From a virus (lineage: Duplodnaviria > Heunggongvirae > Uroviricota > Caudoviricetes): DNA of 64,000 bases. A program made the position numbers and the translations under genes. Every line of letters starts with the position of its first letter. Position 1 is the first letter of the stretch. The notes under the pieces are model-generated. The model saw only the letters and a program-made list of their open reading frames with translations, had not been told where the DNA came from and searched no databases. This document shows positions 1 to 8,805 of this stretch, piece by piece. The DNA lies in the IMG/VR virus record IMGVR_UViG_3300002026_000057; one strand, given 5' to 3'.

Positions 1-581
1 TTCCCCGACCATTTTCCAATAATCTCTTTATCTTCGCCAGGAAGAGTTAGAAATTCGGGGTCTTGTTTTAACTTTAACAGATGATTAGTTAAGTCGACAA
101 TGGTTAATATTTGTTCAACCCATTTGGGATTAAGAACGATATCATTTTTCCAATCAACATAACGATGAACTTTGAATGTGGAAAGATGGGCTCTACCAAT
201 TTCCATTGGTCCAGATAACATCAACGAAGCATTCATATTACCCTCACCGTTCCGTGTCCATACACAGGTTTTAACGATACCCCAATGGTCTGATAATCGA
301 TAAACATATCCATCATCAGTGGTGAAATACTTTGATTTGGATTTACCTTTACTTTCGTGTGTGGTTACGATATTGTTTTTGAATTTATCCTTGAGTCTTC
401 CCCAAGTTTCGAATACGTTAGAATATTCACTTTCGATAGACTGAAAATCTACTTTGGTGCAAGTTTGATAATCCTCATGAGTTATTTCCGGTTTAAGATC
501 TCGGTAATGAATGTATTTAATTTTATTTAATTCATTCACCCAATCCCGGGTTTTAATTATTTCTTCTCTTGGAATATCCAT
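1..581 (-). CDS. hypothetical protein, 5' part only (gene runs off the window edge; starts MDIPREEIIKTRDWVNELNK)
   Basis: Hand-translated minus-strand frame with ATG at 579-581. No competing ORF is listed for 1-660. Absent from the ORF track presumably because no stop lies inside the window. Confidence 0.45.
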   Translation of the reverse strand, partial: MDIPREEIIKTRDWVNELNKIKYIHYRDLKPEITHEDYQTCTKVDFQSIESEYSNVFETWGRLKDKFKNNIVTTHESKGKSKSKYFTTDDGYVYRLSDHWGIVKTCVWTRNGEGNMNASLMLSGPMEIGRAHLSTFKVHRYVDWKNDIVLNPKWVEQILTIVDLTNHLLKLKQDPEFLTLPGEDKEIIGKWSG

Positions 582-662
582 CTCTATCGTTTTTAATTAG
601 ACGATGTAAAGATAGATCAAAATAATTAGAATAACAAATTTTAATTAAAAAAGATTGAGGAT

Positions 663-1196
663 TTATTGGATAATTGTTCCTACATCAAACACGACGTAGT
701 TTCGAGCATTGGAGTCCCATTTATCTATGAATGTATTTCCAATATAACCTAATGATTTAAGGAATAATGACGCTTCCTTTTCACCACTTAATACAAATGA
801 TAGCCATTCATATACTTGTTTATTTGTGACATCACCATAATTCTCAGATTGTTCTATGTAATCAGATCTTAATTCTTCAATTGAGTCTTCATCAATTCCA
901 ACATTTTCCAATCCATTTAGGATTCGTCCCCCATCCTCACTTGCAGGGGAATCAAGGTCAAAGAAATTACCAGATCTAAGTTCGTACTCATTAACGAAAC
1001 CATTCGATGTGAAATATCTTTCTGACACTTCTCTACTATCAGAAAAATATATTCCCCACCCACCAAGAGATTTACCATCACCACTCCCAACTTTTGACAT
1101 GTCGAATGTATCGAATTTCCTGTCTGATCCATGCCACACATTTATACCTTCGGGAATTAATCTTCTTAATTGATCTTCTGTTACGATTATTTTCAT
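663..1196 (-). CDS. paralog A of the 'ITE-x-QL' N-terminal-motif family; HGS...GIYF core, possible ADP-ribosyltransferase-like fold
   Basis: N-terminus MKIIVTEDQLRRLI. WHGSD...GWGIYFSDSRE...Y core shared with 1201..1785 and 40257..41654. Tandem with paralog B. Confidence 0.6.
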   Translation of the reverse strand: MKIIVTEDQLRRLIPEGINVWHGSDRKFDTFDMSKVGSGDGKSLGGWGIYFSDSREVSERYFTSNGFVNEYELRSGNFFDLDSPASEDGGRILNGLENVGIDEDSIEELRSDYIEQSENYGDVTNKQVYEWLSFVLSGEKEASLFLKSLGYIGNTFIDKWDSNARNYVVFDVGTIIQ

Positions 1197-1200
1197 TGTT

Positions 1201-1785
1201 TTATACTATTTCAATGTTTGTTATCTCAATAATATTGGGGTTATAAACAATAATATGTTGTCTATCTTCTTTGTTTATTATTTGTCCATCATATCCTAAT
1301 TTAACCATTCCCCTTGCAAAAATAATTGGATTATATCTAAAGAAATCTATCCATACTTGTTGAAACAAATCTTTCTCAGTGTTATTATACTGCATAAAAG
1401 ATTGAATAGCAACATTAAGTCCCCTTTCAGGGTTTTCATCCCAATCTTGAGCATTAAGTTCCCATTCTGGAAGTTGTTTTATTATTTTCTTTAATTCTAT
1501 TGGCTTAATATTTTTGCTTGAAGTTTCATCCAATAATTTATTTGGTCTTAAAATAACGGAGTACAAAAATTTACCATAGTGTAGAGCCTCATTACGACTT
1601 GTTGTGAAATATATACCAGGTCCTTCCTGATCTGAAGCTTCTTGTGACCCCATAAATTCATCTGTGAATTTTTTAAAATCATGATCCGATCCGTGATATG
1701 CAATAATATTACCACCAATAACAGTTTCCTTAATGTTTCTTTTTAATTGATGAAGTTGAGCTTCTGTAATAATTATTTTCTTCAT
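1201..1785 (-). CDS. paralog B of the 'ITE-x-QL' family; YHGSD...GIYFTTSRNEALHYG core (ART-like, speculative)
   Basis: N-terminus MKKIIITEAQLHQLKRNI. Core motif similar to 663..1196. Sits 4 bp downstream of paralog A. Confidence 0.6.
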   Translation of the reverse strand: MKKIIITEAQLHQLKRNIKETVIGGNIIAYHGSDHDFKKFTDEFMGSQEASDQEGPGIYFTTSRNEALHYGKFLYSVILRPNKLLDETSSKNIKPIELKKIIKQLPEWELNAQDWDENPERGLNVAIQSFMQYNNTEKDLFQQVWIDFFRYNPIIFARGMVKLGYDGQIINKEDRQHIIVYNPNIIEITNIEIV

Positions 1786-1812
1786 ACCTATAAATATACT
1801 GAAAATTATTAA

Positions 1813-1840
1813 TAAAAAAAGGGGGATAAATCCCCCTTTT
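1813..1840. terminator. GC hairpin GGGGGA-TAAA-TCCCCC flanked by an A-run and a T-run (bidirectional intrinsic terminator)
   Basis: Perfect 6-bp GC stem with A7 upstream and T4 downstream, between converging gene ends. Confidence 0.55.
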
Positions 1841-1851
1841 AATGTATGTTA

Positions 1852-2706
1852 TTATTTCTGAAAGAATGGAGGTAGTACTGAACCGTTTCCTGAATAAGTC
1901 GGAGATACACCATTCCACTTTTTCGCCAACTCATATGTAACCAATGTCGGAGTGATTGAGTTTGACAATAATCTATTTGCTTCAGCCTGAGCTTTGGCGA
2001 CAAGAAGGAGAGATTCAGCCTCACCTTGTGCTTTTGCTACAGTTTTCTTGGCATCAGCCTCAGCCTGAACAATTTCATTTTGTTTTTGGGTAGCTAACTG
2101 AATGGCCTCAATTTTAGATATAATTGCTTTCTGAACCTGTTCCGGGAATCGAATATCACTTTTATATGAAATATCATCGATAACTAAACCAAGGGGTTCA
2201 CATTTTTTTCGTAATTCATCTTTAGCGTAATTTATCATATCAATTTTTTTGACACTATAAATTTCATCTACCCTTAAATTACTGGCATAATTAATAAAAT
2301 AGTTACTAACATCTTGACGAAGAATTTCCTTTATAATAGGTATCATATCCTTTCGATATGTGACAAATAACTTTACCACCTTCGTAGGATCAGCGTGAGC
2401 TGAAATTGCAATGTCAACATTACAGGTTATACCTTCAACTGATTGGAAATAAAAAGCTTCATCAACGGGGCTTCCCTCAGTAGCACTTTGGGTGAACGGA
2501 TAAATGTTAACGAATGTTGGGTAGGTGTATAGATCATAAGGAAGACCTAACCAATACCGACCTACATCGAGAACTTCGGGTTCAACACCTTTGTTTTGGC
2601 CAAGGGTTTTAACCTTTACCCCAATATTACCGGGGTCTACTCTACTACATGAGATTAACATCATTGATCCAAGTAGGATCATCATTAAAAAACTACTTTT
2701 TTTCAT
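1852..2706 (-). CDS. SPFH/band-7 (prohibitin/HflC-like) domain lipoprotein
   Basis: Signal peptide ending in lipobox L-I-S-C-S. Band-7 core is followed by an Ala/Gln/Glu-rich coiled segment (QAEADAKKTVAKAQGEAESLLLVAKAQAEANRLL). Confidence 0.7.
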   Translation of the reverse strand: MKKSSFLMMILLGSMMLISCSRVDPGNIGVKVKTLGQNKGVEPEVLDVGRYWLGLPYDLYTYPTFVNIYPFTQSATEGSPVDEAFYFQSVEGITCNVDIAISAHADPTKVVKLFVTYRKDMIPIIKEILRQDVSNYFINYASNLRVDEIYSVKKIDMINYAKDELRKKCEPLGLVIDDISYKSDIRFPEQVQKAIISKIEAIQLATQKQNEIVQAEADAKKTVAKAQGEAESLLLVAKAQAEANRLLSNSITPTLVTYELAKKWNGVSPTYSGNGSVLPPFFQK

Positions 2707-2897
2707 TTGTTTTTGTTTTTGTTTATAAAAATTGATTTAAGTAAAAAATAAGCGATTACAGGCGCTCCAGCAAAAGCTAAAACGTTAAAAAGGAATGGAA
2801 GTTCTGCCATCGACATCAATGGAATAATCCAAAACCATACACCAAATACAATAATAATTGATGCTAAAATTCTTGCGTAAATGTTTACAGGATTCAT
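2703..2897 (-). CDS. small 2-TM membrane protein, translationally coupled to the SPFH gene (NfeD-like partner?)
   Basis: Very hydrophobic 64 aa. Its start overlaps the SPFH stop as an ATGA overlap. Confidence 0.45.
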   Translation of the reverse strand: MNPVNIYARILASIIIVFGVWFWIIPLMSMAELPFLFNVLAFAGAPVIAYFLLKSIFINKNKNK

Positions 2898-2961
2898 ATT
2901 TGTTTATTTATTTGTTTATGTAATGATAATGAAAATAATTTAATTATCCAAATTTTGGAGT

Positions 2962-2986
2962 AAAAAAAGGGGAAAATCCCCTTTTA
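2962..2986. terminator. GC hairpin AGGGG-AAAAT-CCCCT with A/T flanks
   Basis: Hairpin plus A-run/T-run immediately downstream of the 2984..4753 gene end. Confidence 0.5.
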
Positions 2987-4753
2987 TACTTCGACCTGAA
3001 TTTCAGTGAAGATTTTAATGAAACTATCTTTTTCAAGCGTGTCAAGAGAAAAGTCATAGTCAACGTCTTCTCTAGTTTCACTAAATTCACCCCCAAGGAC
3101 AGTAATTAGGTCATTGAAAGTATATGCATTTTCCCATTGCTGAGCCAACGCCTTATTTGCAATTTCCGTGATATTGTTTTTACCCGACACCCTAGAAGTT
3201 CCTGCTCCGAAGTTCAAGAGAACAAAGGATTGTTTTTCTCCTTTAGGTAAAAATAATCCAAGAATATTCTGTTTCTGAACCGATTCAACCTTAACCTCTA
3301 AGAAAAGATTATTTGGATCCATCATATATTCTCTGGACATTTTGTCACCCTTACCCACAATGATCTTATATTTGCAAGTATCCAAACCGCTAAATATATT
3401 AATTTGAACAAGGGTTGGGTCTTTTAATCCTTTACCTGCGTAAAGATATTCAACAGCTCCATTTGGGGCATTTGTGATATCACCTGAATACATTAGAGCA
3501 CCATCTCCTTGGTTATAGGATGAATTCCAACCAACGTGTCCGTTTAGGTTAATTCCATGAAGATCGATATCTCGAGCACCCCATTCGTTTTCCCAATACA
3601 TTCCGACGGCCATTTTTTTACCTGAGAATCGTGAACCTGTTGGTATATTACCCACGAACATCTTTTCAGAAGTTGGTAAGGCGTACTCAACGTTCTTAGG
3701 AACAAAGAATTTTTTACCTTCGAAACTAAACCTACTTTTAAGGTAATCAACCAAAAAGGTAAAGTTCTGCTCGTTTACATTACTGGTAGTTTTTTCCTGT
3801 GTCCACGATTTACCATTACGGATTCTGTAAACAAATGAGTCCTGCCCATTCATTCTCGTATAACACCCTGAAATAGCCTTAAATATTGCATATGGGGTTG
3901 CGTTATTCAACCAGTGAACATCAGAATCGGTAAGTAACTGACTCGTTGCAAGGTTAAGTGGATTACTCACCAATGGTTTATGCATAGTCTTTGACAACTT
4001 TGCAATTTTATTGACGGCCTTTGGACACTTACCTTTGAAAGCAAGGAACAATGGTTTGAACCTATTGAAGATTTCAGCGAGTTTTTCAAATCCGAACTGT
4101 TCAAATTGTACACCGGGGTTAAATGTTGAGCTCTTAATAAGTTCAACTGTACCGGGGTTTTTGATTAACAAAGACTTACCTGTTGCACGATAGATAATGT
4201 ATCTGAAAAATTCCATAGTGTCCTGTGGAATAACTCCGTACATATCGGCAATAATTATGACGGCTTCTTTGTTTTTGATACCTTCTTTACCTGTGAATTT
4301 GTACCCAAGTTCATCAGTGAGAATTGATAAAATGTCAATGATGGTGTCTTCTTTCAAAGCTGCACCAGATTTAAGGATACCAAGACATTTTGATATCATT
4401 TCATTCTTACTGTATCCTTTGATAACTTTAAATACAACCTTAACATCGGGCACATTAACCACTTCGTCAGGAATATATACGTCACCCTGAAAATCAGTAC
4501 CATAAGTACTCATATAATGAAGAATTTGTTCAATGAACAATTCCCAACGGGTTGATGTTTTGATTTTCTCCCATGACTTATGGAAGGTCTTATTAAGATC
4601 GTTTCCGGATAATTTTTCCTTCTTATAATATGCAAGGATTTTGTCTTTCGCCCACAAGGCGTTTGGTTCAATTATAAACCCATCTTCAGAAATGAATGGT
4701 TTCTGGTCAGAAGATAAACCGATTACGGCATTGAAGTGTTTTAACGTTTTCAT
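2984..4753 (-). CDS. hypothetical protein (589 aa)
   Basis: Long uninterrupted ORF. No motif I can name. Confidence 0.55.
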   Translation of the reverse strand: MKTLKHFNAVIGLSSDQKPFISEDGFIIEPNALWAKDKILAYYKKEKLSGNDLNKTFHKSWEKIKTSTRWELFIEQILHYMSTYGTDFQGDVYIPDEVVNVPDVKVVFKVIKGYSKNEMISKCLGILKSGAALKEDTIIDILSILTDELGYKFTGKEGIKNKEAVIIIADMYGVIPQDTMEFFRYIIYRATGKSLLIKNPGTVELIKSSTFNPGVQFEQFGFEKLAEIFNRFKPLFLAFKGKCPKAVNKIAKLSKTMHKPLVSNPLNLATSQLLTDSDVHWLNNATPYAIFKAISGCYTRMNGQDSFVYRIRNGKSWTQEKTTSNVNEQNFTFLVDYLKSRFSFEGKKFFVPKNVEYALPTSEKMFVGNIPTGSRFSGKKMAVGMYWENEWGARDIDLHGINLNGHVGWNSSYNQGDGALMYSGDITNAPNGAVEYLYAGKGLKDPTLVQINIFSGLDTCKYKIIVGKGDKMSREYMMDPNNLFLEVKVESVQKQNILGLFLPKGEKQSFVLLNFGAGTSRVSGKNNITEIANKALAQQWENAYTFNDLITVLGGEFSETREDVDYDFSLDTLEKDSFIKIFTEIQVEV

Positions 4754-4770
4754 TTGTTTTAAACTTTAAA

Positions 4771-4950
4771 GTGGGGAGTATTTTCATAAGTTTGATTTTT
4801 ATAGGAACTCCATTTACCTATTTAAGTTTAATAATTTGACGGAGAGTAATTTATCTTAAAAGGATTGTTTTATAGGAACTCTCTATGTCAATATTTTATG
4901 GCGGGTAGTATTTTTCCATGTTTGTTTTTTATAGGAACTACCTATGCCAA
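4771..4950. repeat. three ~50-bp direct repeats (G.CGG.AGTA.TTT...TTGTTTTTTATAGGAACT.C.TAT.CCAAT) in an AT-rich ORF-free intergenic region
   Basis: Core TATAGGAACT at 4800, 4871 and 4930 with conserved flanks, spacing ~71 and ~59 bp. The region 4754-5058 lacks ORFs. Confidence 0.6.
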
Positions 4951-5058
4951 TTTTTTTCAATGAACTTTAACGATACAAATATAAATAATATATTTAACAC
5001 TGCCAAATAAATATGTGATTTTTTTTATATTTTAATAAAAAACCAGTAAATCCCTTTA

Positions 5059-5295
5059 TTATAATGTTCGTGCTATTAGGTTTGTTTCACATACAATTGG
5101 AATTTGCTCAAGAATAACTGTTAATTTGAAGGCACTTTCGTAATCCTTTTCCTTAATAGTCTCATTGAGTTTTTCTTGATAGATTTTAGTTAATTCTTCA
5201 GGCTTATATGCGTTCGTGAAAAGTAATTGAAAAACTAAAAAATTAGACTTTTCTGTAATTTGTTCTCTAATTGTTTTTGTTACTTGTTTCTTCAT
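5059..5295 (-). CDS. hypothetical protein (78 aa)
   Basis: ORF directly upstream of the MTase gene in the same orientation. Confidence 0.35.
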   Translation of the reverse strand: MKKQVTKTIREQITEKSNFLVFQLLFTNAYKPEELTKIYQEKLNETIKEKDYESAFKLTVILEQIPIVCETNLIARTL

Positions 5296-5308
5296 AATAT
5301 TGGTAAAA

Positions 5309-6022
5309 TTAAATTTCGTCTAAGAGTTTTTTTGATATATTGACATATTTTTCATCAATGTCAATTCCAATAAAATCCCTGGATAGTTTCTTACACACAA
5401 TTCCAGTGGTTCCAGATCCAAGAAATGGATCAAGACAACTGTCACCGGATTTAGTTGTAAGTAAGATACAGTTTTCAACTAATTGTTCTGGAAACGGGGC
5501 TGGATGGAGTTTATTTCTTGAAGGATTAATATTCCAAACTTCAGATTGATATTCTGATAATATTTGATTTTTATAAACATCAGGTTTTCCTTTAGTTAAC
5601 CAATAGATATGTTCAGTACAAGGTAAAAGAACATCCTTTCTAATGTTTGGGGATGATAACCTATTCCAAACAATTAATTGGTACACATTCAAATCAGATT
5701 TGGATATGAAATCGGTTGGTAAGAAAAGTTTATTCTTATGTCGTCTTAATTTATGATTAAAAAATATTGAACCATTTGGTTTAATAATCCTTTTCATTTC
5801 ATTTAAGACATCAACCATCCATTCTTGATATTTATCTTCAGGTAAATCATCACCATAAGAATTGTAATCAATATTATATTTTTTCCAGACTTGATTACCT
5901 GGAGTTGTTTTTCCTATTAATCCTTTTTTATTGTATGGTGGTGAGGTCACTATTGTTGAGATGGTATTAGATGGAATTTTCCTCATCTCTTCCATCGAAT
6001 CCCCTGTTATTAATTTTATCAT
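5309..6022 (-). CDS. DNA amino-methyltransferase, beta class (SPPY then DPFLGSGTT; N4-cytosine or N6-adenine)
   Basis: Motif IV IVTSPPYN precedes motif I VLDPFLGSGTTGIV, the beta-group order. SPPY is more typical of N4C MTases. Confidence 0.75.
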   Translation of the reverse strand: MIKLITGDSMEEMRKIPSNTISTIVTSPPYNKKGLIGKTTPGNQVWKKYNIDYNSYGDDLPEDKYQEWMVDVLNEMKRIIKPNGSIFFNHKLRRHKNKLFLPTDFISKSDLNVYQLIVWNRLSSPNIRKDVLLPCTEHIYWLTKGKPDVYKNQILSEYQSEVWNINPSRNKLHPAPFPEQLVENCILLTTKSGDSCLDPFLGSGTTGIVCKKLSRDFIGIDIDEKYVNISKKLLDEI

Positions 6023-6295
6023 ATTAGTTAAATATACAGAAATTTAGGGTATTAATCAAATAAACTTAATATTTTTCTATGGTCTTGGTGAAACTGAAGA
6101 CCCTTTAGGTGGTATTGTAAAGTTCCAAAAGGGAGGTGAATGGTTGTTGTTCCGAAAGATATTGCATCTTTGTTTTTTTATGGTACCTTCTTTTAATTTC
6201 TCTATCGATATGATATCATCAACATTACTATCTGTATTTACCTTGTTTCGGTACAGAATGTATTCCACCAAATAAATATTTATTTTTTATATTTA

Positions 6296-6324
6296 ATAAA
6301 AAGGGGGAAATAACCCCCCCCTTT
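6296..6324. terminator. GC hairpin GGGGG-AAATAA-CCCCC with A/T flanks
   Basis: Stem-loop with flanking A- and T-runs between minus-strand genes. Confidence 0.5.
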
Positions 6325-6346
6325 CTTCCGATTATCTTCCGATTTT

Positions 6347-6694
6347 TCAAGCAATCGCCCGATTTTCGTCCGATTCAACCTTCACTTCAATCTTATACTG
6401 TTCCATAATTTTATCAATTTTCCATTGATACTGAAGTAATGGATGATTTTCTTCAGAATAACGTCTCTCAATTTGAGAAAAACTTTTACCCCTTGCTATT
6501 CCATAAGCGGCATACATAGCTCGTAAGTTTTCTCTATTAGATTGATGTTTATTTCTAGCGTCACTAGCTTGAAGTTTTCTTTCACCAACTAATTTCACAG
6601 TTTTTCTCTGATTTTTGTAGAATTTCTGTAATTCAACCATTTCTTTGATATCACTTTTTATTTTTAGGATATCGATTTTTTCTATTGTTTCCAT
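6347..6694 (-). CDS. hypothetical basic protein (115 aa)
   Basis: ORF. Lys/Arg-rich. Confidence 0.45.
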   Translation of the reverse strand: METIEKIDILKIKSDIKEMVELQKFYKNQRKTVKLVGERKLQASDARNKHQSNRENLRAMYAAYGIARGKSFSQIERRYSEENHPLLQYQWKIDKIMEQYKIEVKVESDENRAIA

Positions 6695-6733
6695 AATATA
6701 TTTTTAATTTATTTTTATTGTTATTAACTTGAC

Positions 6734-6813
6734 ATCACAATTTGTGATATCAATCCTTGATTAGAGAATCACGAATCCGGACATAATGTCCAGATTAATG
6801 TCCATATTATGGA
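6734..6813. promoter_or_regulatory. three palindromic operator-like sites in the 6695-6845 intergenic region
   Basis: ATCACAA-TT-TGTGAT (6734-6748), GGACAT-AA-TGTCC (6779-6791) and TCCATA-T-TATGGA (6801-6813). They lie upstream of the 6694 minus-strand gene start. Confidence 0.45.
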
Positions 6814-6844
6814 GATCTGATTTTAATTTAGTGTTCGTTCATAG

Positions 6845-7105
6845 CTATTCGAATTTAATTCGTTCTAAAATTTGTTTTGTCATTTCCTGTGAAATCTCTC
6901 GTTTCAAATTTTTTGACCCGAAATATTGATCATCAGTAATAATTCGCTGAACCACTTTATGGACGTCAAAATTATTGAATTCTTTATCCACAAGTTTTTT
7001 CGCTTGTTCTTCTACTGAATCTTGAACCCATTGACGGATATCTTCTTTTGTGATTCCGAGTTCATTGTGCATGTAATTTTTAAACATTAACCATTTGTTG
7101 TCCAT
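6845..7105 (-). CDS. hypothetical protein (86 aa)
   Basis: ORF. Confidence 0.4.
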   Translation of the reverse strand: MDNKWLMFKNYMHNELGITKEDIRQWVQDSVEEQAKKLVDKEFNNFDVHKVVQRIITDDQYFGSKNLKREISQEMTKQILERIKFE

Positions 7106-7382
7106 GAGTTGAATTTTTAAGTGATAAATTTAATTTATTTGTATGCTTACGCATTTCAGGAGTGCCTAAAAAGCAAATAGAAGTCCATTGGTTACTTATG
7201 TCGGGTTCAGAAAAGAACACAACATTAGCACTATGCCACTTTAATTTGTAATATAGGTCTTTGAGTTTTTCTTCGTTAGAGATTTCCAACGATATGAGAT
7301 ATTCACTATCTCTCATCCAATCTTGGAATTGATTGGGGAATTGGTATGCAAATTTCGCAACTGAATGACCTGTTTGTACCAA
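7080..7382 (-). CDS. hypothetical protein (100 aa)
   Basis: ORF. Confidence 0.4.
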   Translation of the reverse strand: MVQTGHSVAKFAYQFPNQFQDWMRDSEYLISLEISNEEKLKDLYYKLKWHSANVVFFSEPDISNQWTSICFLGTPEMRKHTNKLNLSLKNSTHGQQMVNV

Positions 7383-7499
7383 TTGGTATCCGGGATCAAG
7401 GTCAGCCCGTGTTACTGTTACTAATTTAACTTACTTCATGACTAATAGTTTTTAATTGTTTATGTATATTAATAAATACTTAGAGATACAAATATAAAC

Positions 7500-7527
7500 A
7501 AAATATTTGGATTTCCAAATATATTTT
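7500..7527. promoter_or_regulatory. inverted repeat AAATATTTGGA-TT-TCCAAATAT upstream of the 7382 gene start
   Basis: 10/11-bp palindrome in an AT-rich leader. Confidence 0.35.
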
Positions 7528-7614
7528 TAAAAAAAAAGTGGGGTGGAGTGCTTTATTTTATTGCTACTCGCTATCCCCACATTTTAACAGTTCAAAGTAC
7601 TGCTAGACTATCAT

Positions 7615-7821
7615 TTATGGTAACAGTTTAAATTTCCCTGTCACCTTTTCAAATAATTCTCCATTACTTACAAGAGATCCATAATAGTCAGCCTTTTCAT
7701 AAGCGTCTTCGTGATACCTTGCTTTTACGTAGAATGTTCGAACTCTGCCACTCGTAAGGGTGAGTTCAACCAACCAATACTTCATTGGTGGTTTTTTGGT
7801 CTTCTTTTTATTGTTAACCAT
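7615..7821 (-). CDS. hypothetical protein (68 aa)
   Basis: ORF. GTGGGG...CCCCAC hairpin downstream at ~7555-7600. Confidence 0.35.
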   Translation of the reverse strand: MVNNKKKTKKPPMKYWLVELTLTSGRVRTFYVKARYHEDAYEKADYYGSLVSNGELFEKVTGKFKLLP

Positions 7822-7906
7822 AATCTTAATCCAGTCAAATGAATTGACGGATTAAGATGAATTTAAAAAACATTCTTTCATAAAAATAAATATAACAATA
7901 ATTTGG

Positions 7907-8221
7907 TTAATTTATAAATAGGGCTTTAATTATCCAAGCCAAACTGAAAACCACCCATGGTAAAATTATTCCCATTAGTAAAGTTTGTGTTTTGTCAGTA
8001 ACATCTTCTTTAAATTGTTGAGAATTATGATTTTTAAATAACCCAACAAAAAATACTAGACCGACAGCTTCAAAAAATGTAATGGCGGGTAATGTGACAA
8101 ATACGGGAAGTACAAACCATCCCCAAAATTTCCAAAACACAAATCCCCAAGAAAAGGATTCATAAACAAGTAATCCAAATATTACAACTACAATACCGAT
8201 AAGTGCTAATAATGCTTCCAT
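7907..8221 (-). CDS. multi-TM membrane protein (104 aa)
   Basis: Hydrophobic segments throughout. Confidence 0.45.
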   Translation of the reverse strand: MEALLALIGIVVVIFGLLVYESFSWGFVFWKFWGWFVLPVFVTLPAITFFEAVGLVFFVGLFKNHNSQQFKEDVTDKTQTLLMGIILPWVVFSLAWIIKALFIN

Positions 8222-8234
8222 AATTTTTATTTTA

Positions 8235-8780
8235 TTACATTGAATAATATGATTTTAAATACTTTCCTTCTTTTAACGGAATATAAACAAATCCCGTATA
8301 TTCATCTCCACTCATTCCACCATTTACATATTGGTTGACAAGAATATGATCGAATGAGTCCCATTCTTCGTATTGAGGTTCAATATCTGGTTTATCGACA
8401 ATTTCAAGTTTGCCGTGAGCTTCAGATTGTTCAAGACATTCAATAATATCTTTAACATATTTCTCACCCAACGATTTTCTAAGTTCATCTAAAAGAATAT
8501 CGTTATGCTTAGTTTCTTCCTGATTTCTTTTATTTTCTTCAGCCATAAAAAAATCCATAGCTTGATCGTTTTCATCCATTATATGAGATTCAGCTATCCA
8601 CTCAATGAATTTTTTAAATCCATCGGCGTTTTTGTATTTTACGGGATCAATGGCGAGCCCCATTCCATATAACATATCAAGAAACATAATGTTCTGTTGA
8701 TCTGGATATCGTTCGTGATAAGATTCAACATAATCTTGAAAGTATGCTATGTCAAAAATTTCAGTTCTTAAATGTTTCAT
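8235..8780 (-). CDS. hypothetical acidic protein (181 aa)
   Basis: ORF. Confidence 0.5.
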   Translation of the reverse strand: MKHLRTEIFDIAYFQDYVESYHERYPDQQNIMFLDMLYGMGLAIDPVKYKNADGFKKFIEWIAESHIMDENDQAMDFFMAEENKRNQEETKHNDILLDELRKSLGEKYVKDIIECLEQSEAHGKLEIVDKPDIEPQYEEWDSFDHILVNQYVNGGMSGDEYTGFVYIPLKEGKYLKSYYSM

Positions 8781-8805
8781 TATAATAGGTATTTAATTTT
8801 TATTG

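Noticed and set aside
4771-4950. Possible CRISPR array suggested by direct repeats
   Set aside because: Only three units, units differ internally, spacers are not unique non-repetitive sequence of constant length, and no cas genes are nearby. Better explained as iterons or regulatory repeats.
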